DNA of 64,000 bases from Laetmonice hystrix. Lineage: Eukaryota. Each line of letters opens with the position of its first letter. Position 1 is the stretch's first letter. This document shows, one piece after another, positions 1-13,548 of this stretch. The notes below the pieces were generated by a model. That model saw only the letters and a program-made list of their open reading frames with translations. It had not been told where the DNA came from and did no database searches. A program made the translations under genes and the position numbers. The DNA lies in assembly GCA_965235115.1 (NCBI GenBank), contig OZ249440.1, forward strand, positions 32,118,001 to 32,182,000, given 5' to 3'.

Positions 1-1479
1 ATAGTAACTATGGGCCTATCTGGCTCTGTTTCCAAGTTATTGCTAATTGAAAATACCGATGATGTCATAGAGTCACGTAGGGTCACGTGACCTAATTAAA
101 AATTGTGTCATTTTAAAGGCCATAATGACTTCCTATCTGTCTTCAATAGTAACTATGGGCCTATCTGGCTCTATTTCCAAGTTACTGCTAATTGAAAATA
201 CTGATGACAATAATTTTGGGGCTAAAGTGAAAACTAACACTAACCGTAGGCCTAACCTTTACCCTAACCCAAACACAGTGGGTGAGGTCAAATATGAGAG
301 TTAACTATACGCCTGGATTATCCAGGTGTTATCTCAGGAAAAAGTGTTAACCTGAACCTTTAACACCGGGCTCCAGTTAACATTTTGACAACACCCAGTT
401 AATACTTTGATAAAACTCAGGTAACACTTACCTGACACATCAGTCACACCTGGTCGCCACTCCTACCAGTGGAATAAGGAATAAGCTTGACTCTGAGTTT
501 TGACCTGTCTCAGGTGTTAACACACAGGCGGTTAACACTTTAGGTATAGGTTTTCTATGGTAATTCCAAAGACACCTGGGACCTTACTGAGATTAAGGGG
601 ACACCTGAGTTATCTAGGTGTTTACAAGGTGTGTTTTAGGTGTTAACACGTTGTTGAGACAGTGTTAACTCAGTGTTAAGTAAACACCCAGGACGAGGTC
701 AAATTTTCGATTTATAGAACACTTTCTTAATACCTAGCGTTAACACCCATTTAACTCTTAGATTTGACCTTACCCACTGTCTCTCATCTCGCATGTCGTC
801 GCCGGTATTCCATAGGTGGGGGACGGGCGGCCGGCCCGTGTAGGGGTTTGGTGGGGAGTTACCACGGTTGAGAAGGACGCCTGACTGGGGATTGGCGGGA
901 GTTGCCAGGGACAACGGCTGAGAACAGGCGCACAGGCCAGTGACTGGGAGCGGGCCCGCTGGCGAATTTTTTTTCCCACGCTAGTTCTGGATACTAATTA
1001 GCATACAGCCAATCAGAAACAAGTTGTTTACGCGCTGTGTAAGCCGCATAAGTCGGAAACTATTAACTGTAGAGAAAAACACTTAATGTAGCGGTTGTAG
1101 GCAAAGACCTGGAGATTCTTCTCCACCAAGTTTCATAAAGATACGGTCAGGGGTTTGGGATATATAAAAGGCTTCTCTAAGGTTGGCACGGTACTGAGGT
1201 CAAAGGTCATGAAGTGCTAAAAATAGCAAAATCCCGAGAAAATATCCACAGTTGTCTTTTCCCCAAATTAGGACTTTCTAGCCCCGGTAGTTTTTGAGCC
1301 TTACATTCTCTCAACACCAGCAGATAGGTCTCAGAAATCCAGGACTGAAAAAACTTGGGGAAATTAAGCAGAAAATCAGACAAGAACTTCAACAGTAACC
1401 ATGACAAATAAGTCACCTCCCCAGAAACCATCAGTTGCTTGCTGACTCGAGAGGTAGGCACCTCCTAGAATCAATCGCC

Positions 1480-2170
1480 CAGACAGAAATTTTACAAATG
1501 TAAACTCTCTAAACATGAAAACTGGTGGTTGGCTAGCAGTGTATATCAAAGATAAGTATGGGGCATCTGATAGTAATGTTTGAGGGAACATCCTAAGTAA
1601 TCCTTACATAGAAACACAGTGGCTTATCATGGACAAAGATGGCAACAAGAAAACCATTATAATAAACCTTTATACACCCCCTAGTGTAAATATAAATGAC
1701 TTTTGAATCAATTCCACTACAGCTACAAGTACAAAAATATAAAAATACGGACGTATATATTATGGGAGATTTCAATATAAATCTACAAGAAACAAATGAA
1801 GCAAATGGGAAAAGGCTAACATCCTCATGGTATGCAACAATACATTAATGACGTAACTAGATATAGCCCATCTAGGCGCTCTACAATTAACTTGATTTTT
1901 ACAAATAGCAAATATATCAACAAGTGTGGAGTGGTAAATATAAACTTGAGTGATCATGAAATGATTTTTATCACAAAGAAGAAAGGCAAATCTCCTAAGC
2001 GACAATGTACCTTTACCGGGAGGTCCTATCGGGACTATAATAAGAATACTTTTCAACAAACACTAATAAATCTTGTCTGGATTGACTATTATGGATGAAG
2101 CCTGGGAGTTACTTGAAGCAAAAATTAGATCCGTTCTCGACCAAATGTGTCCGATTCAAACCTTTAAAAT
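1480..2170 (+). pseudogene. CR1/L2-like LINE APE endonuclease remnant
   Basis: GGWLAVYIK (about 1523), YIMGDFNIN (about 1755), TR...STINLIFTN...LSDHEMIF. Confidence 0.75.
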
Positions 2171-2264
2171 TTAAGGTTAAAATGCAAAGTTAAAGGTTCT
2201 GTATGTCTTATCCTAACTACAGAGAAACATGTATTCTTACCAAATTTACCCCAAAAGCCATCCC

Positions 2265-2690
2265 AGCCTGAGCACGAGGCCCAGGGCAGACCGGGAGATT
2301 GCAACCGGTGAAACCCACTCAGCACCCTCTCATGCTGGATTGTCAACAGCTAAAAATATCACCCATCATGCCATGGAGGCCCACTCGTCCCCCCTCTTGG
2401 CTAGATCTAGGCTACTTCTGTTGGGTGATCGCTACTTGGCTTGTTCAGCCATCTTGTTCAGCTGCGTCATCAATAACTGCGTAGAAAGTCACGTGAGGGA
2501 ATTCCCTTCCAGTTCAAATCCAATGGTGATGGAATCATGGAACGTTTTTCTCTCGATTGATCGCAAATTTTGGTTGTACTGCAGGTAACACGCAGGTATT
2601 GTCCCTATTGGACATTGCAAATATTCGTACAAGTCTTTGGTAACATGCAGGAAGTAATATTAGAAAATCGCTAAAATTTCCCTACATTCC
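2265..2690 (+). repeat. Interspersed repeat with an inverted copy at ~62480-62958
   Basis: gtagaaagtcacgtgagggaattcccttccagttcaaatccaatggt and its flanks are reverse-complemented at 62640-62692. Confidence 0.85.
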
Positions 2691-3599
2691 ACGCTATCAT
2701 CTAGCTTTAAGGAAATCTAAAGAGACAGACAACATGGATGACTGGAACATAGCTTGTAGGCTAACTAAAATCCTTTTAACTATTTGAGCACGAAATGTGT
2801 TAAATTCTTTCCTAACTTGCTTAGAATTTCATGGCCTGTGTGCCTGGTCTGTACAAACTGGTTCCAGAATTTTGTTTTAACTCTAACTTGAGTAGTTCTG
2901 TTTCTTTGGCCGTATTGGGTGTGGCCATCTTGTCTTGTCGTTAGTTCCTCATTGACCCATGTAGGTAGGGGTCGACTGGTCCACCCTCTGTATATCAGGG
3001 TCAAGGGCCTGATCCACTGGCCCGGCCGGCCTAACTAACCCTAAATCTTACCTTATTTAAACCAGGCTGTGTCAGTAGCTGGGAAAGGCTATATCACGCC
3101 TTGCCATAATACAATTCCCCCAGACTCCTCAGTTTAAAACTAACGGCATAGTAAAGTGACCATCGCCCTTTAGTGCTGGATAGGCTCTGGGAAACCTTGG
3201 ATTTATTTCCCAGATGCCAGGAAAACGCGTATTTGGCCCTGTAATTTCCATTTTTTCGGGGGGAGGGCCCCCAGACCCCCGCCCATGTCCTCGAGCCTTC
3301 GCCTTCATCCACCCATGACTGCCCCCCCCCCCCCCACTCAGAAATTTCTAGCTACGGCCCTGTCCTAGACTGCCCAACCATACCCTGTTCCGCCCATCGA
3401 AGTCCAGACCCCCCAACCCCCCACCTGGAAGGCTGGCTACGGGCCTGCCATTGAGGATCCCCGTCACAACCAGTCAAGACACCAACCGGACAATCCATAG
3501 GGCCGACAAATTCAGAAGAAACCGACAGCTGGTTTTGCCTGCATTGGCGAGATACTTGAGGCAAACAATACACACAATCGCCTTGATATCGTCAGTGAT

Positions 3600-4050
3600 A
3601 TGTCAGAAGATGGCCAGTCAACACTTGAGCTGTATTGGGACTTCGGCACAGTGTTGGCGAAAGCAATGTCGATTGCTAATACAGTTAAAATTAGTACTGT
3701 GCTCCAATACACTCGAGAGCGACGCAACCAAAGAACGGAAAGTTATAACTTCTGGCTAAAGGATAAGTGCTGTGATGCTGGCGTAACCTTTGTTGACAAT
3801 GATCAGAACTTTTCTTTCCGTAATGGATCATATGACAAGTCTGTATTCCAGGGCCCGGTTTCAGAAAGGTTAGCATGATCTTCACTTGAGCTCTGCTTAG
3901 CCTTTTACGACCCCTGATTGGCCGGTGCTCTGCTGCTCAGCTTCAACGAGCCATCAGGGGTCCTAAAAGGCTAAGCAGAGCTCAAGTTAAGATCATGCTA
4001 ACCTTTCTGAAACCGGGCTCACGATGGAATCCACTTGTCAGCTAGCAGTA
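3600..4050 (+). pseudogene. SGNH-esterase-like LINE ORF1 remnant split by a MITE
   Basis: VKISTVL...YNFWLKDKC...GVTFVDND..F...VFQ resumes as DGIHLS after the 3852-4019 insertion (D-G-x-H block V). Confidence 0.65.
3852..4019. mobile_element. Hairpin MITE, PIF/Harbinger-like
   Basis: Near-perfect inverted arms of about 65 bp (GGCCCGGTTTCAGAAAGG...), flanked by CAG and CAC. Confidence 0.85.
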
Positions 4051-4290
4051 CTAATCTAGGCACTCACTTCGGGCCACTCTGTGGTCGAGCGCGCCCTCTA
4101 GCGCATGCCCACCGGCGCACCATGGTCAGTGGCGCCCTCTTTATTAAGGAGTAGGCCTACACTAACAATAGGTCAAAGGAGCAAAGGTCAGTTCGGGCGG
4201 GGACCGCGACAACAATATGCAAACACATGTCCATGGTCAGTGTGGGGCTTGCGGAGAAACCAACCATGCTATGTTAAGAATTGTATAAAT

Positions 4291-5127
4291 CAGGCCTGTA
4301 GCCAGGGGGTGTTTGGGGTGTTCGAACGAACCACCCCCTGGACCCATGGTCCCCCTCCAGGGGATCCGGTCCCCCCTGACAGTTATCAATGGGGGCTGGA
4401 GCAGTTCAGTGGATACAGCACTGTACCAAAGGGGGAGTAAACATGCGCAGGGGTCTTGGGCTCCTCCCCCAGAAAACTTTTGATTTTAGAAGGCAACCCC
4501 CCCCCCCCCCCGTGTGACCGCAAGCCCCACACTGACCATAGACATGGGTTTGCCTATTGTCGCAGTCCCCGCCCCGCCCTAAAATCAATCGTGGGTCCAG
4601 CTCATGTCTGCAGGGTGTCCACCTGACAAAAAAAAACCCAACCCATGCCCATGGTCCCCCTGACGAACTTAACAATTTCTATCTCCCCATGCCAGGAAAT
4701 TTACAAATCTTCGGGGAATGACCCCCAGAACCCCCCCCCCCCCCATGTTGGTAAGCTAGGCTTTGACCTCTAAACGCTTCAGAAATTCAATCTCCAGATG
4801 CCAGAAAATTAGCGTTTTTTGCCTTGTGAATTCAATCATTTTCTGGGGTCTCACTGTACATGCTATTAATCTGGCTATAGGCCGAAATGCTTGAGAATCT
4901 TACCAATTTATATCTCCAGATGCCGGAAAATAGCAGGGGGGGGGGGGTGCCTTCTACAATCAAAAGTTTTCTTGGGGAGGAGCCCAAGACCCCTACGCAG
5001 TGCTGGATCCACTGAACTGCTCCCGCCCCCACTCCGGCCCACGGACCCCAGGCATTTTGTCGGTCCCCCTTTGGTCCTCCAACGAACCACCCCCTCTTTA
5101 GGCTCTTGATAGCTGGCTACGGGCCTG
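4291..5127. mobile_element. GC-rich CAG...CTG TIR element
   Basis: caggcctgtagccag / ctggctacgggcctg, with flanks TAAAT and GAAAT. Confidence 0.7.
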
Positions 5128-6399
5128 GAAATTATGACCGGCTGCTTGACTTGGAAAATATTTCTCAGGAGGTGTTGTAGATTCAAAATGAAGCCAGCAA
5201 CACTGCCACGTTTATTGCATAGTAGATTACCTTATTACTAGTGTTGATAACATTTTATGAGAAAACGTGAAAAATCGGTATTTCAAAGAACTTTTGCCGT
5301 TTTCTTGAAGAGATCCTTCGTTAAAATTGCTTGGTAAACAAAGACAGACTGAAAGTTTCTGGAGCCCCCTTGCTGGCCATCTGGAAAAACGGCTCCGCCC
5401 ATCATTTGCACGTGACTTTTGTTGACACACGTGACACACAGAACCCTCGTGCTTCACATGGCTGACGAACGGGACATGGAGATGGCAAGTATAAACGCCC
5501 AACATTTCGCATGTACGCTTAGTTTTATCAGTCAGGAAATTGTCTGACACTCCAGAGAAGGGTTGCAGCGCTAGTGCTGCCACCTATATCCAAACCATAT
5601 ATGCGCGCGCGCTCAGCATGGCCGCGCCAGTTTCTGACCTATTTCACTCACACTCATGAACACCAATAGCTTGTAAAGTATTCGAATCTATCGTGCTAAA
5701 GTGGATAGATAAAATTTCACCGTAAGTACCTTCGAGACACTTACCTGTCCCCTATAGCCACCTATTGACATATATATGAGGACACACTGTTGCTGCAATA
5801 CTGCAGTATGATGATTTCTGTTAACTAAAATTCGGACCGAAGCTAAAACATGATAATTAGCAGGAGTTTAAATTCGCCTCCGCTCTCCAAAAGGGGTGCT
5901 GCAAATGACGTTGAACAACATCCCATAATAGTCCTAGGTCTTCCGGTATCGCTCCACCATATTTGATCATCATCATATGCTTGCTCAGTAAATATGCCTC
6001 CGAGGGACGAAAGTCGATGTATGCAACAGAATCAGCTAAAAAGCTGAGAAAGAATGAGTTGGGCAGAAGACGCGACAGTGCTCTTGGCATTGAAATAAAT
6101 TGGTGGATGGCCTTGAAACCCCACGCTCCGAATCGTCCGAGCGTCACCTGAGACTGAAACTGAGCGTGGGAATCTACGGTTATCCAAAATGGCCAAGCGG
6201 TTTGAAGGTAGAATGTTGGATTGCAACGGGGCCAGCTGAGCGTTCTCACATTGTATTTGGTTGGTCTCACTTCAATTTATTTGAGTTTTACATGTGACAC
6301 TAAGCTGATTTATATGGCAGGGTGTCAATATTACAGGTTTTAAAAATAAAGTACCTTTAATGCCGCAAATTGACCCCAAACAGTTTGGTTCATTATCAG

Positions 6400-6740
6400 G
6401 TGTGGAAAATATTGTAAGAAAAGCCAGCAAGGGTATTTTTACGTTTTATACCAGCTGAAACGAGCTGGCATTGACCAAAAAGAGTTACTAAGAATATACT
6501 TAAGCACAATACGCCCTGTTGTTGAATATGTCTGCCCGGTGTGGAACACAACCTTACCAACTTACTTATCCAATAATATAGAAATGGTTCAAAAAAGAGG
6601 TTTGAAAATAATATACCTTTGTGTAAGCTATAATGAAACCTATAATGAAACCTGTCGACACCGAGGACAAGAAGAAAGGACCTGTGCAAGAAATATTTTA
6701 ACGATATGAAACAGCCTTCACACAAGTTAATAATCTTTTG
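6400..6740 (+). pseudogene. CR1/L2-like LINE ORF2 C-terminal remnant
   Basis: LYQLKRAGI...IYLSTIRPVVEYVCPVW...IEMVQKRGLKII. Confidence 0.75.
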
Positions 6741-6894
6741 TCTGATATTTGTTATACTATTGATACTTATATATTGATACTTTTTATTTATACTTTTTAT
6801 TTATATAGTGTTTTTATATACTCTTAATGTATGTTCGTAGCGTTTGCTTGTAATTGGTTAGCCGTTTATTGTTATTATAAAAAAGACCTAAAAA

Positions 6895-6990
6895 GATTAA
6901 AGGTTTATTTGCAACCACGGGCTGGATTTGACATACAATATAAAAATATCATATGTCAAATCTGGCCCTTGGTTGCAAATAAACTTTAAT
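6895..6990. repeat. Palindromic MITE-like hairpin
   Basis: gattaaagg-tttatttgcaacca...gatttgacata pairs with tatgtcaaatc...tggttgcaaataaa-ctttaatc. Confidence 0.7.
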
Positions 6991-7298
6991 CAATCAAGCA
7001 ACCTAGTAGTAATAGCTTAGATATTATGTTGGTTAATAAAGGCAAACACGAAATATCTTGGCCACCAAATTAGCCTCATTTTTCAATGTTCCAGTGGTAC
7101 ATGGATTAATAGAGGGTTAAAAACGTTTTATGAATTAGGATCCAAGATGCAATTATTTGTGAACACAACCTTAAAATCAGCTCTCTCTATTATCAGATAA
7201 TATATCACGTCACGCAAAATCAGATGGCATCACATTGCAATATGCCACGTCACGCCACATTACATCATAACCTTTATTGCTGTTTTCTCCTGCCAAAG

Positions 7299-7467
7299 TG
7301 AGCTGCGGCCGGCAGAGTTACATTGTGGGTGGAGAGGCGGCGAGCTTGGGCGAGTTTCCGTGGCAGTTGTCTTTACAGTACTCATCCAAGGACTTCCACA
7401 CGTGTGGCGCCTCCCTCATTGACGACCGCCATGTGCTCACGGCTTCCCACTGCATTGACAGTCCGCC
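7299..7467 (+). CDS. S1 (trypsin/chymotrypsin-fold) serine protease, exon with mature N-terminus and catalytic His
   Basis: Translates (V)[26 protein letters not shown]...[23 protein letters not shown]. Preceded by a pyrimidine tract and AG (7297-7298), followed by GTGAGT donor at 7468. Phase 1 in, phase 2 out. Confidence 0.95.
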
Positions 7468-7701
7468 GTGAGTATCATCTGGTGGGGGGACTCTTGTTAT
7501 ATTTAAATAGGCCTACTAATACAGAACATTTCATATTGTTCAGATTAGTCTTGACGTTTGATAACATAAAACAAAATATGGTATTTAGATTATACATGCA
7601 AACTTATTCAAACACTAGTAATTTCGAATTTCCCATATTTATGGTAGAGATACAGGATTCGTGTTCAGTGCTCTAATAGAAGGATAAGTCTATACATTTA
7701 A

Positions 7702-8137
7702 AAGGTAATATGTCACGAATTTTAAATAATACATCGTGTTTCATCAAAAATATGTCTGCATTGCGGTTCTTCTTAATGCGGTCACTGAAAATGACACACT
7801 TACCTTCCGAGACCCGTGATTTGCAGCCGGCTGTGTTTTGCACCCTTTTCACATGATTGGCGGTAATAGTCCCGTGTTTACATCTCGAGTAATCACAGCG
7901 AGAGTTCAAACGATTCACGGCAGCCAAAGGGGGCCAAAATGGAAGATCCATCGCACAGCAGACACTGCAGCTAGTTTTATTCATTTATCTACATTATGGA
8001 AAATTTCACAGCTGTCTACTCGTAGTATGTGTTAACAGAATCAATATGAAAAACAATCAGTGCCATAAAGTACGTCAGTGGTGAGCAGGTAAGCAGAAAA
8101 CTGAAGATTTTGGTCGATACCCGTGACATATTTCCTT
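7702..8137. mobile_element. TIR MITE (Kolobok-like)
   Basis: TIR aaggtaatatgtcacg / cgtgacatatttcctt, in a TTAA-like context. Confidence 0.6.
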
Positions 8138-8272
8138 TTAGTGTGGGTGTGTTATGCCCTCAGTGCCTGAAAAAAGTGGGCTCCGTCCCTGTTTGCACAT
8201 CCATGCTATGTGGCTGAGGTGTGCCATATGGTTGAGGTGTGCCATATGGTTGAGGTGTGTCATATGGTTGAG

Positions 8273-9589
8273 CAGACCTGCCTACCTTATTCTGTTTATA
8301 TGCGAGACATCATCCCCTAAAACAGCATGATTTTTTTAGATTCAATGGGACATCAGGGACAAAGCAGATAGTACAAAACTCAAAATATGAACACTTTCAC
8401 GATAGCACTACGACCACGATAGACCACGATAAAAGGCATTTACAACAGACCACGAGAGACCACGATATTAATGTTTCAAATTGACCATGATGAGCACGAT
8501 AGCGCTACGTTTGCTCTACGATTGCTGCGATAGCGCTGCGATAACCACGATACAGCTACGATAGTGCTAAGAAATGTCGATGGCGACAATGAAAATAGAG
8601 CTACGACAGTGGCGACAGACCTACGACAATCACGACAAGTACGACATGTACGACTGAGCTACGACTGCACTACGAGACCGTTCCGATAGAGCTACGGAAA
8701 ATAAGGCCGATAGCGCTACGGCCGAGCTACGACAATGCTGCGACTTTGCCGACCTAGCTACGACAGACCTACGATTTGGACGACAGAGCTACGAAAATGA
8801 CGATAGCGCTACGACAGTCAGGACAGCACTACGACATATGACGACAGAGCTACGATATTGTACGACAGAGCTACGATATATGACGACAAAGCTACGATGT
8901 CTACGAGTGCAGTACGACTGTCGTACATGTCGTACCGCTATCAGATTACTGTCGTGATACCAGCCCTGCCCTGTCGCGGTACTTCGTGACGCTGTCGTGG
9001 TCTGTCGTATGTATTCGTAGCTCTATCGTACCTCTATGGTGATACTATCGTAACTATCGTTATTGTCGGCACTGTCGTGTTCCATCGTGACGATAGCACT
9101 ACGACTTTGCCGATAAAGCTACGATAGAGCTACGATGGAGCTGCGGTTGACCTATGACAGAGCTACGAATACAATCAGCACGATAGCACTACGTAATTTT
9201 TGAACATGTTCAAAATTTACGTAGCTTTTCAGGACAAGTATGCCGATACACCGCGATAGACCGCGATATACCACGATAGCATCACGATAGATCACGATAG
9301 AGCTATGATAGCTATATCGTGGTCGTTATCATGAAAGTGTGAACCCCCCTTAAAAGAAACCTTTTATTTCCACAAAATGTTAAAGTAGCCTTGGTAAGGA
9401 AGGAGGCTATGCGATGAACCAACTGGGCTTAGGCAGTTTGGTCAGTGGATTTTAGGATGTAAAAGCGGGCTATGCATTAGCAATCAGGTCTGGGACAAAT
9501 GATGCATTTCGAAGGGTGTTCGCGGGATGCAGAGCAGATAATCAAAATGCGGGAATGTCCCGCGAAAAAACGGGACGTTGGCAGGTCTG
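8273..9589. mobile_element. CAGACCTGCC-TIR non-autonomous DNA element inserted in an 18-bp minisatellite, carrying a nested (C)TACGA-rich element (about 8390-9353)
   Basis: TIR cagacctgcc / ggcaggtctg with GTTGAG duplicated on both sides. Flanked by ggttgaggtgtgccatat units. Confidence 0.8.
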
Positions 9590-9659
9590 GTTGAGGTGTG
9601 CCATATGGTTGAGGTGTGCCATATGGTTGAGGTGTGCTGCCTGCTGCATGTATTACCAG

Positions 9660-9750
9660 GTCAGCCTACCAGGTGGTGTATGGCTTACATCGTCTGGGTA
9701 ATGACCAGCTGGGCGACCCTGAGACACGGCGCGTCAGTCACATCGCTGTC
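9660..9750 (+). CDS. serine protease, next exon
   Basis: ccag acceptor and GTGAGT donor. 91 nt, phase 2 in and phase 0 out. Translates PSAYQVVYGLHRLGNDQLGDPETRRVSHIAV, fitting the V-x-x-G...V-x-x-I segment of S1 proteases. Confidence 0.88.
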
Positions 9751-10369
9751 GTGAGTATACTGTCACCAGGTGTGACACCATTATCATAATAATATTATTC
9801 ACACCAGTTTTTTATTTACCCCCCCCCCCCCCCCACTGCTTGAACAACTGGCAAGATGTCCAATTGACCTGGAAAATAGCTGTAATCATGCCAGCATTTT
9901 GAACACAATGGCATGCCTTGCCGTTTGATGGGTGAGATCGCGCTTGCGCCCCTAAGCGCCCGCAAAATCTGTTTCAGAAGCGCTGTTTATCACGCCCCTC
10001 AACTTCACTGACTGATGTGAACCCTCAGCCATGTCTGAGGCAACCTCAAAAACGCTCTCTGTCTCCTCCTTGTCCCCCAGTCATTAATGAGTCGATCATT
10101 TCCTAGACGGCTCCCAGGACCTCTTTAGCCTATGCCAAACCTTATAAACTACCCTGAGTTTACCTGGAAATACCCAAACGTGGGACGGGAACGATTTCTA
10201 GGGGAGTGATTTAGCTCTCCTCGGATAACCAAGGAGAGTGATGGATCGCTCCCGTAAAGATTTCAAATTGCAAGCACTGCACTGGCTGCCTTAATTGTAT
10301 TTTTGGTTTGTTTGATGTAGGCCTACAGTTAATAAACTTCCCGTGCCTTCTTAATACTTTTATACTTAG

Positions 10370-10547
10370 CACCCTGGCTGGAAACCGGATCCTGAGGAAG
10401 GCTACCCTAACGATATCTGCATTCTCACCCTGTCCTCACCCGTTGACCTGACCAACAACTACGTGGATGTGATTACCAGAGATACCGACACAGATGCCAA
10501 TTATCTTGGTTACGATTGTGTTATCACAGGCTGGGGAGATCTAAGAG
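10370..10547 (+). CDS. serine protease, exon with catalytic Asp
   Basis: ttag acceptor and GTGAGT donor. 178 nt, phase 0 in and phase 1 out. Translates HPGWKPDPEEGYPNDICILTLSSPVDL...YDCVITGWGDLR (NDI and GWG motifs). Confidence 0.95.
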
Positions 10548-13459
10548 GTGAGTGATACACTAACATTTGTATCCCACTGAGAGGTGGTTGCTTTCACATG
10601 GGAATAGGCCACATGCTGGACACAGCCACAACTTCAATCAGTCCTAATAGTTTAAAGTTAAACAGGCATGGGAACAGTCTAAGCACGGTACTGCTATTTT
10701 CTATTGATTTCAATGTTAAATTTATAGAGAGAGATAGATAGATAGGTCCATTTGTGTGAAAAGGTCTTTTTGTCATATGAAATGGTCCTTATGTTTCGAC
10801 TAGTCTTTGAGGGCTATTTATATAAATAAGTCTTATAATTATATGCCTTAAAATATCATAATTATATGCCTTAAAATATCAATATAATCAGGAAATTCTT
10901 ATATGATCCACAAAGACATGCCGTTTTAAATACCAGGAAGAAAACAGAATTTATATATGTTATGAGCGGTTATATGCATTTTGGATTAAAAAAAACAAAT
11001 TATGTCAATAATTAAATTCCTATAAAAGCGCCTCTGAATTCTATTCAGTAATTTAGGGCCACATCTGAAGCATTTGACATGCAATCGACCATGGTGTCCT
11101 TTTGTCAGACTAGTGGTCCTTTTGTCCGACTGCGGTCCTTTTGTAAGAAGAATGGTCCTTTTCTAAGGACCACTGGTCTCTTATTAGTTGTAATAAAGAC
11201 ATGTTTTTTTAAAATTGAAACTAAATAGAAAGTCCTACATGCATTACCAAGTTCGATGTTGGCTTTAAACTCAAGCTGTGACATGTCAAAACAAAGCACT
11301 ATTTGATCAGCCCGTGAACAATTTTTAGAATTTTTGTGCTGAAAAACTTTCTGTTTATCACAAGAAGATAACATTTAAGCGCCGATATGCATGTAGAATA
11401 ATTATGCATTAAAAAAAACATAAGTGTCAATCACTGAATTCCTCTGGAAGAGTTTTTGATTTCTACCCAGTAAGTTATGGCCACAGGAGGAACATTTCAC
11501 ATAAAATAGGCCATATAGCAGATGGATACACCTGTCTCTCTTTAGCGGGAAGGAGAGAAAGAAAGAGCAAAAGAACAAATACAGCAAAAGAGTGTAGGAA
11601 AGAGGGAAAGAAAGAATGGCAGTGGTCCTTTGTCAGACCGTGGTCCTTTTGTAAGAAGAATGGTCCTTTTGTAAGATTAGAGGTCCCTTTGTAATAACCA
11701 GTGGTCCCTTTGTAACGATCAGTGATTTTTTTTTGTAAAAAGATGGTCTTTTTGTTAGATTAGTGGTAAGTTGTAAGTAGGCCTACCACTGGTCCCTTTG
11801 TAATGATCAGTGGTCCTTTTGTAAAATGGTATTTTGGACCAGACCGAAGTGGAAGAGTTGGTCCTGTATTGGAACCTGGCAGTCAGCCGCTGGTATGGTA
11901 CAGGATAAAGCGGTACAATACACAACGTGGACTGGTCCAGGCAAATTTTGCAAACAAACTTAACAAGATATCTTCAAAATCAGTTTATATGACCACTGCA
12001 CAGGATGAGGCAGTGTTGGTGATTTTTAAATTGGGTCAGCTACATGACCATCTCACATGGATAACTGACTTCTTAATATGGGCCTTAGGAAATTCTTCTG
12101 TTAAAATTACATTCTTGAATTTCTCTAAGTAAGGCAAGCATCTATTGATTCACAATAAAGATAGAATCAGATATATTTGGTGAGACCTTTATATATTAAA
12201 CATACACCATGGAGAATGGAAAAAAAAAGTTTATTCCATAAAAGAAATTGTGGACAATCATGAAAATTACACCTCGTGGTAAGATCAAAACTGGAGACTC
12301 GTTTCAGTAGCACCCCTTGCTTGCTAAACACTTGAGGCTAGCAACAAACTTCCTGAGAAAAGAACTTGCTGGGCAATAAATGACACATCAAAGTAATATC
12401 CAAATACATCCCAAGTAGGCATGGAAACAAACAAACATACAATATAGGCTAACCAACCACCAGCATTCCATACACACAACTTCAGTTCGTTTTTGTTATC
12501 GATGTTCCTAAATGCTGGTGATTTGTACTTAAAAAAATAAAATCTGTTGTTTACGTTCTGTTACAATGAGAGCCAAGGTGCCAATCTAGTACTACTTGTA
12601 CACATATGCCTGCATCATGTCCATGTCAAGTATACGTCATAAAATTGGTGGTTAACTTTGGGGTGGTCCTCAACAAAAACAATCACTTGTTGCTAAACAG
12701 CCTAGATTACGAGTTGTAATATTCTGATTAAAAAAAACAACAACTATACCTAAATATTCATCAAAATTTTCGACGGTTGACTGCCATAAGGTCATAAGTG
12801 ATTTTTTGCTGTTTTGAGAAAAATGGGAAAAACTGTATATCTTCACCAAATCACTACTTTATTAAGCCGGTGACACATACCTGCGGTAATCGCAGTAGCG
12901 TTTGACGCACCCGGTTACCTGATGCGATGAACGGACGGCAAACATGCGGCAACACATGACACACACAAGCGGCGAAACCAAAACGTCCATACGTTGCAAT
13001 AAATTTTCTTCACCAAACCCCCGAAATAATTTGTTTGCTGGACTATGAATTCGTTTTGCAGCCCTGTAAAATGATTTGCAGTCGTTCTAGAGGGGTTGGG
13101 TGTAATATCTGAAAAAAATCAGGTCTGTGGCTCTTGGGAGAGCAGTGCAAGGGACACCCTGTCGTGACCCCCTGGAATACCGCATAAATTTACGCCTTTT
13201 GGGGATATATGTCGATGATGACATCATAAGAAAGTAAATGTGCCTGGTAGGCTACATGGGTTGACCGGGTTCCTACTGCATGATTCCTATACGAGTCAAT
13301 ATGTAAGGAACATGTTACCATCACACAGTCTAGCTACCCACTGCTCAGTTCCGTCAAAGACCTATGAATGATAAGACGGTTCACTCCGCATTTTTACGTA
13401 ACAATCGATCGCAGCGCCACCAAGTAGCTGTCGTGTAGCGGCGTGGATGCAGCAGGTTG

Positions 13460-13548
13460 TCAACAATGGATGCGGCTGCAGCGGCTGACAGTGGGACAAC
13501 CCAAACCTGTCTTTTTCTTCTTCGTTTTCCCACAAAGGACCCAAACAG
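13460..13548 (+). pseudogene. Possible decayed THAP-domain first exon
   Basis: ...NPNLSF (frameshift) RFPTKDPNR followed by a GTAGGG donor, resembling the THAP N-terminal F-x-FP motif. Confidence 0.35.

Noticed and set aside
230..275. Telomeric repeat
   Set aside because: Only a few degenerate ctaacc units, typical of interspersed Helentron-like repeats.
5590..6010. Signal-peptide first exon of the protease
   Set aside because: I found no ATG-initiated hydrophobic frame ending in a phase-1 donor. Part of the region looks like LINE RT debris (PIACKVFESIVLKW).
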